From the NCBI GenBank assembly GCA_904063045.1, contig CAJFCJ010000002.1:248001-312000 (forward strand): 64,000 nucleotides of DNA, written 5' to 3'. Of the stretch, positions 13,855-26,532 are shown one piece after another. This DNA is from Dimorphilus gyrociliatus (lineage: Eukaryota > Animalia > Annelida). Both the position numbers and the translations under genes were made by a program. Under the pieces are notes generated by a model, which did not search any database, was not told the DNA's origin, and worked only from the letters and a program-made list of their open reading frames with translations. Numbering within the stretch: the stretch's first letter is position 1; the number at the start of each line of letters is the position of its first letter.

Positions 13855-16166
13855 TTATTCATGATTCTCAGACGATACAGCCGACAGATGAACTGGTGCC
13901 GGATGAGTTGCCGGTGTGTTAGCCCTTGGTGTAGCGGGTTGGCTTGCTGATACATGATGAGGTCCGCCATAGTTTGCGTCTTTTTGATGAATACTAGTAA
14001 TATGTCTCTGCAGATTACCCCGGCCACTAAATCCCAACTTACAAATATCACACAAGAAATTCGCATCTTCCTGCTTTACTGCACTCTCTCCATGCGTCAT
14101 TGTATGTATACGCAGTTTCATTTTATTAGGAAAATGCACACCGCAAGTAGCACAAACGTATGCCTTCTCTCCAGTATGTGTTCGCATATGTGTTTTTAAT
14201 GACGATTTCTGCGTAAAACAAGAAACGCAAATTTCGCATTTATATGGCTTCTCCCCAGTGTGTGTTCGACGATGGCGCGTCAGGTGCGATTTTTCACTAA
14301 AAGCAGCTTCGCAAGTCTCACATTTGAAGGGTCTTTCTCCCGTATGCATCCGTCTATGTACCGTTAGATAACCTAAAAACCAAATATGAGTTGCACAAAA
14401 ATTTTCTTTGGCAATTTCTTACCTTTCTGTGCACATGCAAAGTCGCATAAATCGCAATGAAACGGCTTTTCGCCACTATGCGTTCTCTTATGGCAAACCA
14501 AGTTAGATTTGTGCGTGAAACCCTTTCCACAAGTTTCACATCTGAACGGCCTATTATCATTATTCGGTGAGATCTTCAAATCTTCACTATTCGGTGAAGT
14601 ATCATTTTTTATTATTGCCACTTGAGGAGCAACGTGCTGCTGCTGATGATGCCTTTGTTGTTCGGCCATTACAGTTCGAATGGCATCTCCAATAACCTAA
14701 TTCAATCAAGAATTGATTAAACTTCTCGTGTAAACTTAGGAATTACCTTATTTGCTAACACTTCATTATTTTGCATAGAATTTAATAGGGCAATGCCATG
14801 TGGCATATTTGTTGCTGGTAGAGTCTTAGGTGCTGTTAAATGAATGATTCTGTGCAAATCAAGCTGCTTACTATCCTTAAATTGATAACTGCACTCTTCG
14901 CACTTGAATTGACTCCCGTCATTACCTGCATGAACAACCATATTCTGAGAACCATTTTCACCCGATTGAGATTGCTTCCCATCTATAGTCATGCCACCAT
15001 TTGCTAACTCATCATCTTCTTCTTCGTTTTCCTGATCTGTTAAAAAATTATCTAGTAATTTAAAGAAAGGAACTGATTCTATCACTTACAACTAGGTTTT
15101 CCTTCTGCTTTTTCCATTTCTTGTATTGCTCTCTCTACCTTTAAAGCAGTATGCCCATTACTATTATTTGCTAACTGTGGTACGTGGGGATACGACGCAT
15201 AAGTCTGTTGGGGATAGCTCCAGTTCGGTGTCGGAGCCATAGTAACAATCTGCGATTCCTTTTGAGCGGCCGCTTCAACAAGAGGATGCAACCATTCAGC
15301 TAATGAAGGTTGTTGCTGTTGGTTTATAGCCTCATTTTCTTTTGCTATAGGTGTAGGAGAAATGTTCGAAACTCCTGGAGGCAGGGCCCCTACGTTATTT
15401 GCTTGGTTAGGAGACGGTGACACAGCTGAATGCGGCGATGTTACTTCAGATCGCTGTTGTTGCATGGGCACAGGTGAAATTCTTTGAATTGATGCTGGAT
15501 TCGGGTGAGGCGACATAACCCGATTCTGCATACTATCCTGTTGGACGTGGCTATATGTAGGGTGCGGCGACCAGGCTAAATGAGGACTAGTCGCATTCGA
15601 TCTCGTCACGTGAACGTTTGCGTTCGAATCTACCAATTGTTGCGATGGTGAATTCTGGTTTAAAAAGAGAACTTTCAGTAATAATCATTTCAAGGAACAT
15701 CGTGCTCAATGTCAGTTAGGCTTAAAATAAGATATTATTATGAACTGTCCAACATTAGTCTTAAGCCTAAAAGAATTACATAGTAATAACAGTACTGGTA
15801 TCCGAAAGGCCAAGCTACTTCGTAGCATCGTGCTATTCGAGGTTTTCCTCTTGGCATCTGTTGTGCATCAGCTGTACTTTCTCTACACTTGAAAAAGTAC
15901 GATATTCTTTGAATATGCATAAAATTCAAAATTTAAAATACGTAAATAAGCGAAGTGTTATGTTGTTATCCGAATATGAAAATTATAAAATCACATGGTA
16001 CAACTAGGCTTTCACTACTACGTTCGCAGCTTGCCAACAACATCGACAAAAAATAGTGGAATTTAGGTAAAAGGCAATTGAAAAATTAGCTTACGTTCTC
16101 CTGTGCTTTACTAGGATTAACTCCTGGATATGAAGCAAAAGGTTGTTGATAAGGTGCTTCCGCCAT
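13855..16166 (-). CDS. C2H2 zinc-finger transcription factor (7 fingers; Q/P/S-rich N-terminus), probably 5 exons
   Basis: Fingers CEEC, CETC, CDLC, CETC, CEIC, CATC, CDIC, several with TGEKP/R linkers. ORFs 15082-15636, 14717-15085, 14373-14669 and 13855-14349 join through phase-compatible GT-AG introns. First exon 16166-16095 ([10 protein letters not shown]...) is less certain. Confidence 0.8.
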
Positions 16167-17107
16167 TTTGGAGCTATACTGCTCACTTCCTGTTTGCTGC
16201 AACGACGTTATTTGAGAAATTCGGCTTGCTGAGGAGTAAAGAGCCGTAAGAATTCACATGTATGAGGTTTAATAGTAAGGATAGACGATCTGGAATGCAT
16301 GCGACGACATAAATTTGGAGGGTGGGGCGAAACGCGAGCGATAATAGGCGTACCATCGCGTTACGGCAAGCAATTCCGCAAGCCTATTCTTGTTTCATAA
16401 AACTTACCGATTTGGCCTGAAGACTGTAGAATGTGTATTTATTAAGAGGATGACATTAAATTCCCTTCGATTTTTCTGTTTTCAAGCAGTGAATAACATG
16501 AAAAACAATCACCTGCAAAATTTGGCCTAATTTAGTTGACACCTCACTATCGAATGCAGTCCTACTGTTACGCTGTCCTATACACACTGACGTATAACTA
16601 AACTCTTCATGCGTCGTGTTTTAAACATGGCGCTCAAAGAATAGTATTACAAATTCATTGAAATAAGCGAAGCATACTACTGACTCTTTGAGCTATTTAA
16701 ACTCTAGAGAGCGATATAGGCTGAAATTTTTCCTAGTTCACTAACTTTTCCTTCAGTTTATACGATAGTTTGATGATAAAAAGATGCCGCTTTTATTTAT
16801 TTTTCTCTAATGATAATATTAAGTCACATTTATAAGCCCCGATCTATCATTTCCCGTATCTAAAAGCAGATATTCACAATGGTTTTGCGGGTCGGTCGTT
16901 CATCTTTTCTACGAATGATTAGGCCTACTACTTGGTCTGAGGCTTTCTTATATAAACTACGTCGTCACTATTTTACAACCTGATTGTCGTTTGAGACGTG
17001 CGTTATCTTATTAAGGGAAGACTTTATAAACTTTTTCATGACACGATGTCAGTTTTGTACGACAATCCACCTGCACATTTAAAATCTACAAAAAACTTTC
17101 CTCCGTC

Positions 17108-19842
17108 ATGCCGAAAAGTGGAAGCGAGAAACAAGTTTGTTATTTGTATTTATTGTTTCTCTTGTTCTTCTAAAGGTCTTTTAGGCCTATGCAATCGATG
17201 AACAAAGGTCATCTTATAAAAAATTGAGGACTTCTTTTCAGATTAAAATATTGGTTAAGGCACTCGAAACAGAATTGGAATTTTCTATCTCTCCCTCAAC
17301 AAACGGTCATCAATTACTGTATGAGGTTAACCGTAAAAAAATTCTCCTAATATTTATTATAATAAAAGTATCGTTATTAGATCTCACAAGTTCTAGGCCT
17401 ACACGAGAGGTGTTTTTTCGCTTTACAATGCGCGGATACAAGAAATAAGCAGTCTTGGATAAAACTGAATCAAGCGGTTCGTTTTTACTTGGATAGACTG
17501 TTTTTATTATTCTCTAAATACATACCTCTCTCTCGATCTCTCCAGATCTCTTTTTGATTCTTTTTTTTGTATTTCCTTTTCACTCATACGCACACACATA
17601 CACACACGCACACACTCTCACATTTACCTCTTTCTCTTCCTATCTTTCTCTCTCTATCCTCTCATCATATAAAAATTTATTGAGCATATATTTCACAGAT
17701 ATCAAATCAAAATGTTATGAAAATGAAAAATCCTACTTTAGATTTAAAAATTCGATTCTATCCAGAAGATGTCCAGGAAGAGCTGAAATCTCCAATTTCT
17801 CTCGTTTAGTATTTCACCTTAACGTTAATCTCTCATTTAAATAATAAATAACGCAAAGTTTTTACGTAACGTATTTTTATACTCGATCGTCTCTTATATT
17901 AGAAATATTACTATGAAGACGTGAAAGATAATATTTTAAACGGTCTATGGGAGTGTCCTTTAGAAAATGCTTTATTGTTAGCTTCATTCGCGATAATAGA
18001 AAAATATGGCCCTTACAACGAAGCAAAGAATTTCAACGAAATTTTAATAAAAGAAAACTACTTTCTCCCAAAAAGGTATAATATAGAAAATGCAAGTGAT
18101 TACGCAATATTTACCTTTTTATCCTGTTAAATTAGCTTCGAGGGCTATCATGCTATAATATCTGAAGAATGGCAGAGTAAAATCTTGCAACTATTTCAAG
18201 ATCATAGTAATATTGATAGGTAAGCAGATAAATTGCATATCCGCCTTGTGAAATTCATTTTAATCGATAAGAGTATAAAACGTTAGTGCGTGAGTTTATG
18301 CCGTTCAATAAGCTTTGATTTTTAATAAGTAAATCACGTTAACATAAAATGGGTATACCCTTAGATGGCGCTAACTAAAATTGATTATCTATAATTATTA
18401 TTTCAATCACTCTGAACAGTGACCAGGCACGCATAGAGTATTTAAAGGCTGCTCAAGATTTACCTTCGTTCGGAATGAGTTATTACCAAATAAAAAATAA
18501 GAGAGGCTCGACTGTCTATCTTGGTATTGATGCAGTTGGAATAAGCGTATTTGAAATGCACGACAAGCTAGTATCCAATTTCAATTAAATCTTACTTTAA
18601 TTCATTTATAACACTTACACATTTCTGAAGTGTATAATAGATTTTCGTTTGTGTACATTTATAGGACTACGCCAAAAGTTGGGTTTCCGTGGTCAGAAAT
18701 ACAATCGATATCTTTTACAGGAAAGAAATTCATTATCAAGTCTATAGACAACGATCCAAATTCTATGGTATCTCTCTTATTATATTACTTTTATAGTATT
18801 TCAAAAGAAAATTCCTTTTACTCTTTATAGCAACAAACACTGATATTTTTTACCCAAACTGTGAAAAAGAGCAATGAGATATTATTATTATGTATGGGTT
18901 ATCACGAACTCTATATGAGGAAGCGACGGGAAACAACGAATGAGCCAGAAGATGAATTTACCGCTGTAGAGACATGGTTGGAATTATAGAATAATGTATT
19001 AATTTACAGTTAATTTTTCCTTTGTAATATTATCAGTTTACCAAAAACTCCGGAACACAAAGAAGAATGCGATAGAGATAGTGAAAAATCTATTGAAGAG
19101 TGTAACCAGAGTGTTACCTCGGATGAAGAGAGAGTTGATAGTCAGCAAAGTGATTATTTGAGTAGTATACTCTGGAGTATATATATTTTTTAAAATCGTT
19201 ACCTTTACATTTATGTGCGTACAGAGGATGTCGAAGAAGAATATTGTAATAATTCAAGTGTAGAGATTAGTGAGAAAAGTGAGAAAAATATAAAAGAAAA
19301 TAACGAGCCTACGCCCTATGATATAGAAGGAAAAGAAAAGACAGAAGAAACGGAGGATAATAAGTCGTCAATTGACGCAAAAGATTATACAGTTGTTATG
19401 AGACCAAAGAAACCTAAAACTAGCTTTGTACCTACACCTGATGAGTACATTAATGAAGATGTTTCAACTTGTTTATGCGGTATGGTATTTTTAAGTGTGA
19501 AAACGCCAAATTGACAACTACAAAGCTAAATTTTATTATTCTTTATGAACCAGTTGTTGAAGCGCAATTGGAAACAAATTCAAATGCTCCAAGGCCAGAG
19601 GAAGAAAAGAATCCATTTGTTGATGAGCACAGGGTCGTATATAAGAAACTTATAGTTGGTTTTTTTTTTCAATCTAAAGTTAGAATAATAAAACTAATTA
19701 ATTTTTACAGCAACTATTCGAAGAGCTATCCAAAAAGCCCGATTCAATAGAAACCTGGTCTGCTGTTAATAAGTATAAGACATTGAAAGAAATTCGAAGA
19801 GGTTATACAAAGGAAAGGATAGCCATATTCGAGGGCATGTGA
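17108..19842 (+). CDS. Divergent ezrin/radixin/moesin-family protein (FERM + acidic linker + C-ERMAD), ~13 exons
   Basis: Exons translate to MPKSGSEKQ|[14 protein letters not shown]..., [46 protein letters not shown]-terminus [24 protein letters not shown] matches ERM [24 protein letters not shown]. Largely missed by the ORF track because the exons are short. Confidence 0.88.
17520..17660. repeat. (CT)n/(CA)n low-complexity tract in ERM intron 3
   Basis: Direct reading. Confidence 0.75.
18357..18372 (+). promoter_or_regulatory. CTCF-like motif CCCTTAGATGGCGCT in an ERM intron
   Basis: Close to the CCACTAGATGGCGC consensus. Confidence 0.5.
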
Positions 19843-19931
19843 AGAAAAACGCGAAAATTTTTCCCTTAGCCTGTATTTATATAATTAACTGCCATATTAG
19901 GAAGCAAGCATTGCGATAATGTTGTTTTACA

Positions 19932-22900
19932 TTATGCTCTTCGTAGACGTTTCTCTAAGTTTTGATACTGTGTTAACAAAAAATTATATGATTTGTAGTA
20001 TAAGAAATAATATGAAAAGCAGAGCGCTATTGTGCTAAAACTGACCTTTCTATACATTGATCTGACTCTCATTTTCATCTCGCTCATTGCCATTTCCATC
20101 CCCTCAATACGTCTATCAACCAAATCAACAGTCTCCATCACGTCTTCGTCATCGTTTACAGTGTCAGTAGATCGTTTTCTTCTTGATTTTGTTGAATATT
20201 TATCAGTAGTTTGAACAAAAAATTGTCCCGCGTTTTTACAGTCTTAATAAAATGGAAAATGAAATTTTTATTGATTAATTTATCTGTCAGAGTAGTTTTT
20301 AAAGTTACTAAATCGACTTACCAGTACAACATTCAGCCCAAGGCTCAAAACTCATTTTCGGTACGGCTTTACAATCCGTAAAATTTTTCGAGAAAATAAA
20401 AACGTCTTTAGTAACGTTTTTAATATTATCGCTATTTTCACAAATAATTCCATCTAGTGTCGTTAATTGAATTTGAGCCAACTGATCTTTAGTAAATACA
20501 CCTTCTTTTTCGTACCAAAACCTATCACCGTCTCTTAAACGTTTAAATTGATCTACAAGTATATGAAGGAAAGTATCTCCAATTAACGCATCTTCAGGAT
20601 ATTTCTCTAATATGCCGCCTATATACAAATCAATATTTTCAACCGAGCCATATACCTCTTCTAATAGCGTTATCATGCTTGGATCTTGCACTATCTCAGA
20701 TAGATCACGGAAGCTTCGCACTGGAGATAGGCCAAATTTTTCCCTATATTTTACATACGGTGGGAGGCCGTGATCTCTTCCTCTCTGTATATTAAGAGCT
20801 AATAAATCTAAAGCTATTCTATGCGCAAATTTAAATAGCTTCTCGGTTAATTCTTTATTTAGACCACCATCGGGTCTCTTTAGTTTTGAGTGAAACAACC
20901 CTCTCAAAATAGGGTCTATACCACCCTCTTCTAAAAGGCGAAAAGGAGCAAAAAAAGCTCGATGCAATGATAAATGCCCATGAGTGTCTTCATCAAATGT
21001 GCTATTTAATCGCAACAGTTGTGGTTGAATAAGTGTGTGACCGAAACGAAATGCAGCTGTTGCAAATTCGTTACTTATTGACGGATCTACAGTGGGATTG
21101 TATCCTTTGTATTCTCCTAGCAATTTCATGCCCTTAATACCAATAACTTTAGGTAGCCATTGTTTGTAGGTTATATGCTGCATCAGAGCTCCCACAATTT
21201 TTCTAGTTTCATAAAAACTAAACTCTTTGTCCCATCTAACATTCAGACTTTTTAAACGTTTTGCTATTCTATTATGTTCTCTAAAAAAGATTGTATGCAT
21301 TGATAATAACCCTAGCTGCTCATTAGATCTATGATCGCCAGCGTGAAAGCAAGGTATATGGGCGCTATTGGGGTCAACTTGACAATCAATAGCACCCCGA
21401 CCTTCATGATATGGAAGAAGAGGCTTTCCATTTAAGTAAATACCCTCTTTTAATAAACCGGAATCAGAGTAAAGATCTCTTAACATTCTAGTCTCATCTT
21501 CATCACTTCCGTATACATTTGATGCATCTATCCATCCTGTTATCTGATTAATTTGCTCTCTAAATGATACTTGACCGGTTAAAATAGATGTTAAACCTGA
21601 CGAACAGATAGCTGAGGATCTAGTAAATCCCATGCATTTTCGTCTAAGTATTCTTGGATCATCATCGGGTATTCTTATAGGAAAGCATGGAGCTTCATTA
21701 GAGCAGCTTTCATTACAAAATCTACCGTCAGAAAATCTGGCTAAACTTGCGGCTTGCGGCGTAAAAGTTATATCGTGGTCAAGAAATTGACCCCATTGCA
21801 TGAGCATATGAGAATATTTATCATGGACGGTATTCCTATGCTTAGTAAAGGCAATAGATATTGCCCTAGCGCTTGCTAATTGGAAACCATTATGTAATTT
21901 TTCTTCGTTCCATCCTCTAGGTGTTGTCCAACCGTTATCGTATTGAGCCGGTAAAAGCCGTATTAGAGGGGTTAGAGCAGCACCGAATGTGGTTTTTTGA
22001 TAATTATTACATGAACCATTAATTGATCGAAACTTGTTATGATAGCATAATCTCGAACAACTAGGTTCGTATAATGAAACCATGCAGCCAGATAAATTTG
22101 CTAATAAGAAAACGTTCTCCTCCGTTATATCCAGATTTTTTGCTTTATTCGTTACATTTTTTAATTGTGTTCCCTCTAACTTATTCACAAGTATTTCCAA
22201 AGTTCTTTCAAGAATATCAGCAGGCCCAGATAGGGATCTAACAAGATGAGATGGCCTTCTAAATAAATCCAATAACTCGTTAGGTGTTCTCGATCGACCA
22301 GATTGTAATTGCTCAACAGTTTTATCGACAGCTGATTCAACGCTCTTCATAGCCTCTTTTATTGTGAAATTTAATACTTTAGTGTCCACTTCAGCCTTTT
22401 TTGCGACTTGGTTAGTTACAAAAAGTTTAGCATATGTATTTATAGAGCCAGCAGCGTTACTTGCTTCGCAAAGGTAAATACCACTATCGTTCAAACTGAG
22501 GTCATTTATTTTAAGTAGTCCACGTTCCACATAGAACTTCTTTGATGAATGTATTGTTCTATTGTTATGCTTCCAAAGCTATCGAAAGTAAACTTTTTCA
22601 AAAGGAAAAACAGACTAATTATCTTATTACTATATACGGTTCAGGAGATCCTCTTGCCGAACACTTGAAAGACACTGTCGATTTTTGAGGTGCAACAACA
22701 TCATAAGGAGTAACAGAAAAAACTGGAATATCTGTTTTTAGGGATTAAATAATGAACTAGAATCGTACGTTTTCAAGATTTTCTGATAAATCAGAACTGG
22801 TACAAGTGAATTCAATCAAACCTGGTTCCTTAATAGATAAAGTTGCTCTCCTAACAACGCTTCCAACTGAGTTAGACGCTTTGCATTGGTAAACACCTAA

Positions 22901-25415
22901 ATCCGACTTTTGAACGCCTAAAATACGTAACATAGCAGCATCTAGCTCGAAGCTAATATGAGGATCACCGAAAACTCTGGGCGTTGGATGGCCATTAAGG
23001 GTCCACTAGTATTTAATTATGATTTTAGTCGAGTATCTTAAATTCTGAAATTCTTTAATACCTCAACAATAGGTGTAGGGAAACCTTCTGTATCACAATG
23101 AAAAGTTACCATTTCACCCAATTTGGTCACCTAACAAAAAAGTTTAAACAAGTGATCAATTCTTTCTTACATAGACAACCAAAATACTTTATCTCTTGGA
23201 CGTTTAATTATTGTCGGTTTCTCAAAAACTTCAACAGACGCATGACTGTTTATACTACCGTGTTTATTTGTCGCAACGCAAATATAGTGGGCTCTGTCTG
23301 CCATCCTTATGTCTCGTATAACAAGGACTCCAGATCCTGTTTTTTTTTATGATGTAAATAGGGTTTACTTATTATTCAAATTATTATAATAAAAAAACAG
23401 CAAATATTGAACCTCCGTGAGAAACTCGAGAACTTTCAACGAGTTCAACTCCATTTTTAAACCACGTAATATTAGGAAGTGGATTACCGGATGCTGCACA
23501 TTTTAATGTAAGGAATTCACCAGCTAAAACTTCAACACTCTGAGGTTTCACAATAAAAACAGGGGGTTCCGCACCTTCTTTCTTCCGTCCTTTAATTCGT
23601 AATCTTGCCACGTCGGATTCAATTTTTCCTACGGCATTCTGAGCAGCACAATGATACAATCCCACATCTGAGTGAGTAACATTACTAATCATTAATGTTC
23701 CATCATTTAAAATTGAAAATTTTGACGATTTATCAGTTTTCAATAAAAATTCATTATGATACCACATCTGATATGGCTGAGGATTTCCATAAGATTTACA
23801 ACGAAAGAAAGCTTCATTTCCTAACGCTACTACGGTTTCTTCGGGATGTATCAGTATTTTTGGAAATTCTAAACGTAGTAAATAGAATAGAAAGAATTAA
23901 ATTATTGAATATAATAAGTTAATGATAGTTATTTCTTGTTCAACAAACCACAATTCAGCATATCCACGTCAATGTAACTTAATTTCATATGCCTTAATTT
24001 CTCAGGATAGTAACAAGAACCAATTATCCTATGATTTTTAATAGCAATTTCAGACAACCAAGCAGATTGGCAATCGCACCATAATGGATTATCATTTAAG
24101 TTAATTCTGGTATTATTCAAATTTTTAAATATATTTCTAGGTAAACGTTCGATTGCATTTTTTTGTAAAGTTCTGTAAAAAATTTGATTTTATATGTCAA
24201 TTAATTTTTCTTTAAATCTAAAGTTTAAGAAAAAGAAAAGAACCATACAATTTTTTAAGTTTGACAAGTTCAGTGAAAGTATCCGGTACCAGACTGTTTA
24301 TTTTATTTTCATGCAATTGTAAAATTTCCAATTTATGTAGTCCAGAAAACGCATATGTTCCAATTTTTAATATTTTATTTTTATATAAGAGTCTAGCATA
24401 TGTAAAAGAATAATAAGGTTAAGCGTAAAAAGATATCTATGTAAAATGAACCTACAAGTGTTTCAGATTGGGCAAACCTAAAAAAACATTGTCTTCTAAA
24501 TCGGTTATATGGTTATTATTTAAAATTCTGAAAAAAAATGAAATAATTTACTTAGTAACAACAGTTTATTATAATTACTGAAAATTCATTTATATATAAA
24601 GCTTACAATGTCTCAAGATTGCGAAATCGTTTAAAGTCTTCCATGGAAAGATGATTGATATTGTTTGACCGAAAGTCTCTGAAAATATGAATAAATTAGA
24701 CACCTGCAATCCATTTCTTTGCTTATTTATGTTGTATGGTATAAGAAGCATCGACGTTGTCAAGATTCTGATATTATTTGGGCCTATTATTTAACTTAAA
24801 AGTATTTAGTAATAAATAAAAATAATCAACAAGGGGGAATGCGAAAAGTATAGCCTGCTTACTTGATTTTAAAACATCTTATAGCAGGTTACACTTAAGA
24901 AATAATTGAAAGAGTGGTATTCTATTCTGACATATAGCAGACATTGCTAAAGTGTTACAGACTTAAATCAAAGGATGCTCTGAGAGACAAACATGAATAT
25001 AAAAATGGATAGAATGTTTGCGCCCAAAGAGCAGATGCACTATCATCTATCGTGAAACTTTAAAAGTAAACGTTCTCAGGTCTCATAAAAAGTCGCGTAA
25101 TCACAAAAGTAGCTTTGATCATCATTCAACGCACGTGAGAAGTAGACTATTTCAATATTGACTTTTCCCCAAAGAGAACAGTTCTCTTTCTAACTTTCCT
25201 ACATTCCTCAAAGTCAAACTTTTCCGAACTTCTCTTTTACATACTTACAATAATTTAACATCTTCAGAAATTCCTGTAGGTATATTGTTACGAAATCCAA
25301 ACGAACATCTTACAGCAAAGTTGTTGCAATTACAGTTTGTAGGACAAACTGAAACTTCTCTAAATTGATACTGAGAAATCAAGGTAAAAATCACAATTAC
25401 GATCAAAAGTTTCAT
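19932..25415 (-). CDS. PXDN: Peroxidasin (LRR + 4 Ig + heme peroxidase), multi-exon, no vWC domain
   Basis: ATG 25415 gives signal MKLLIVIVIFTLISQ, then LRR-NT CPTNCNC, LRR exons, LRR-CT NPLWCDC and four Ig domains. Peroxidase ORF 20308-22530 has WGQFLDHD, GDHRSNEQ and FRFGH. C-terminal exons end LEKRLRRA*. Confidence 0.93.
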
Positions 25416-25824
25416 TTTTCATTTAATTAAAATAATGCTACTGCAACTATAGGATGTCTTCCTGAAAATATTTTAAAAGAATAGTAGAACAAAATGAAAA
25501 GTGGGGATGTGTAAGACAAAACGCGCCAAAACGAACTACTCATTCAAAAATAGTATTACTACGCGATTTAATAAAGTTTTATGAAAAATATATCTTAATA
25601 AATATGTTATTATTTATGAATATTATTTAGAAAAAGTATTTTTATAGAAATCTTCTCAATATTTATATATTTTAAGCGAAGTTCTAAAAAAAAATTTTTT
25701 TTTACACGTTTTATTCTGGTTAGCACTTGTGTAGCCATTTTGCCGGTGTGAAGGCTTCACTGACTAACATAACAATTATCCTATTTTCTCACGCTTTTCA
25801 TAGTAATTTACTTTGTCATAAACA

Positions 25825-26310
25825 ATGGGTGTTCAAATTGAAAGAATCCAACAAGGAGATGGTAAATATTGCTCGCCAATCTTATTAAATTCACTATATT
25901 TGGATATTTCCAAATTTTAATTTTTGTCCTATTGCTTGCTATTTACGGAAATGTCTTTTTCAGGCGCCAGCTATCCATCAAAGGGACAGACAGTTCATGT
26001 TCATTATACTGGTAAGAAATCTGCAATACATTCAGACAGAGTTTTTAAGATTAAACCATTTTGAATAGGAACATTGACCAATGGAAAAAAATTTGACTCT
26101 TCTCGTGACAAGGGAAAGCCATTCACATTCAAGCTTGGTTGCGGTCAAGTAATCAAAGGTTGGGATGAAGGTGTTTCGCAAATGAGCGTTGGAGAAAGAG
26201 CAAAGCTCACTTGCAGTCCAGATTACGCTTACGGTTCCAAAGGATTCCCAGGATTGATTCCCCCAAACTCAACCCTCGTTTTCGATGTTGAATTATTAAA
26301 AATTTCTTAA
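25825..26310 (+). CDS. FKBP1A: FK506-binding protein 12 (PPIase), 3 exons (25825-25861, 25964-26011, ~26069-26310)
   Basis: [13 protein letters not shown]|[16 protein letters not shown]|[18 protein letters not shown]...[26 protein letters not shown]. Confidence 0.96.
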
Positions 26311-26532
26311 ATTAAGAACAAATTATTTGTCATAAAGGGATTAAGAGAATAAAATTATTCTTTAATGCTTGTCAAATGATAGAATAAATAAACAAAACTG
26401 AAAGATAGTGAGTTGTTTATTTGAATTCTGCATGCAAAGTAACAGTGAAAATTCTTTTAATTATTAAAAGTTACATTGTTAATTTATTAAATCATCAGTA
26501 AAGATATGAAGTAAAATTTTTTTTGAAGTCGT

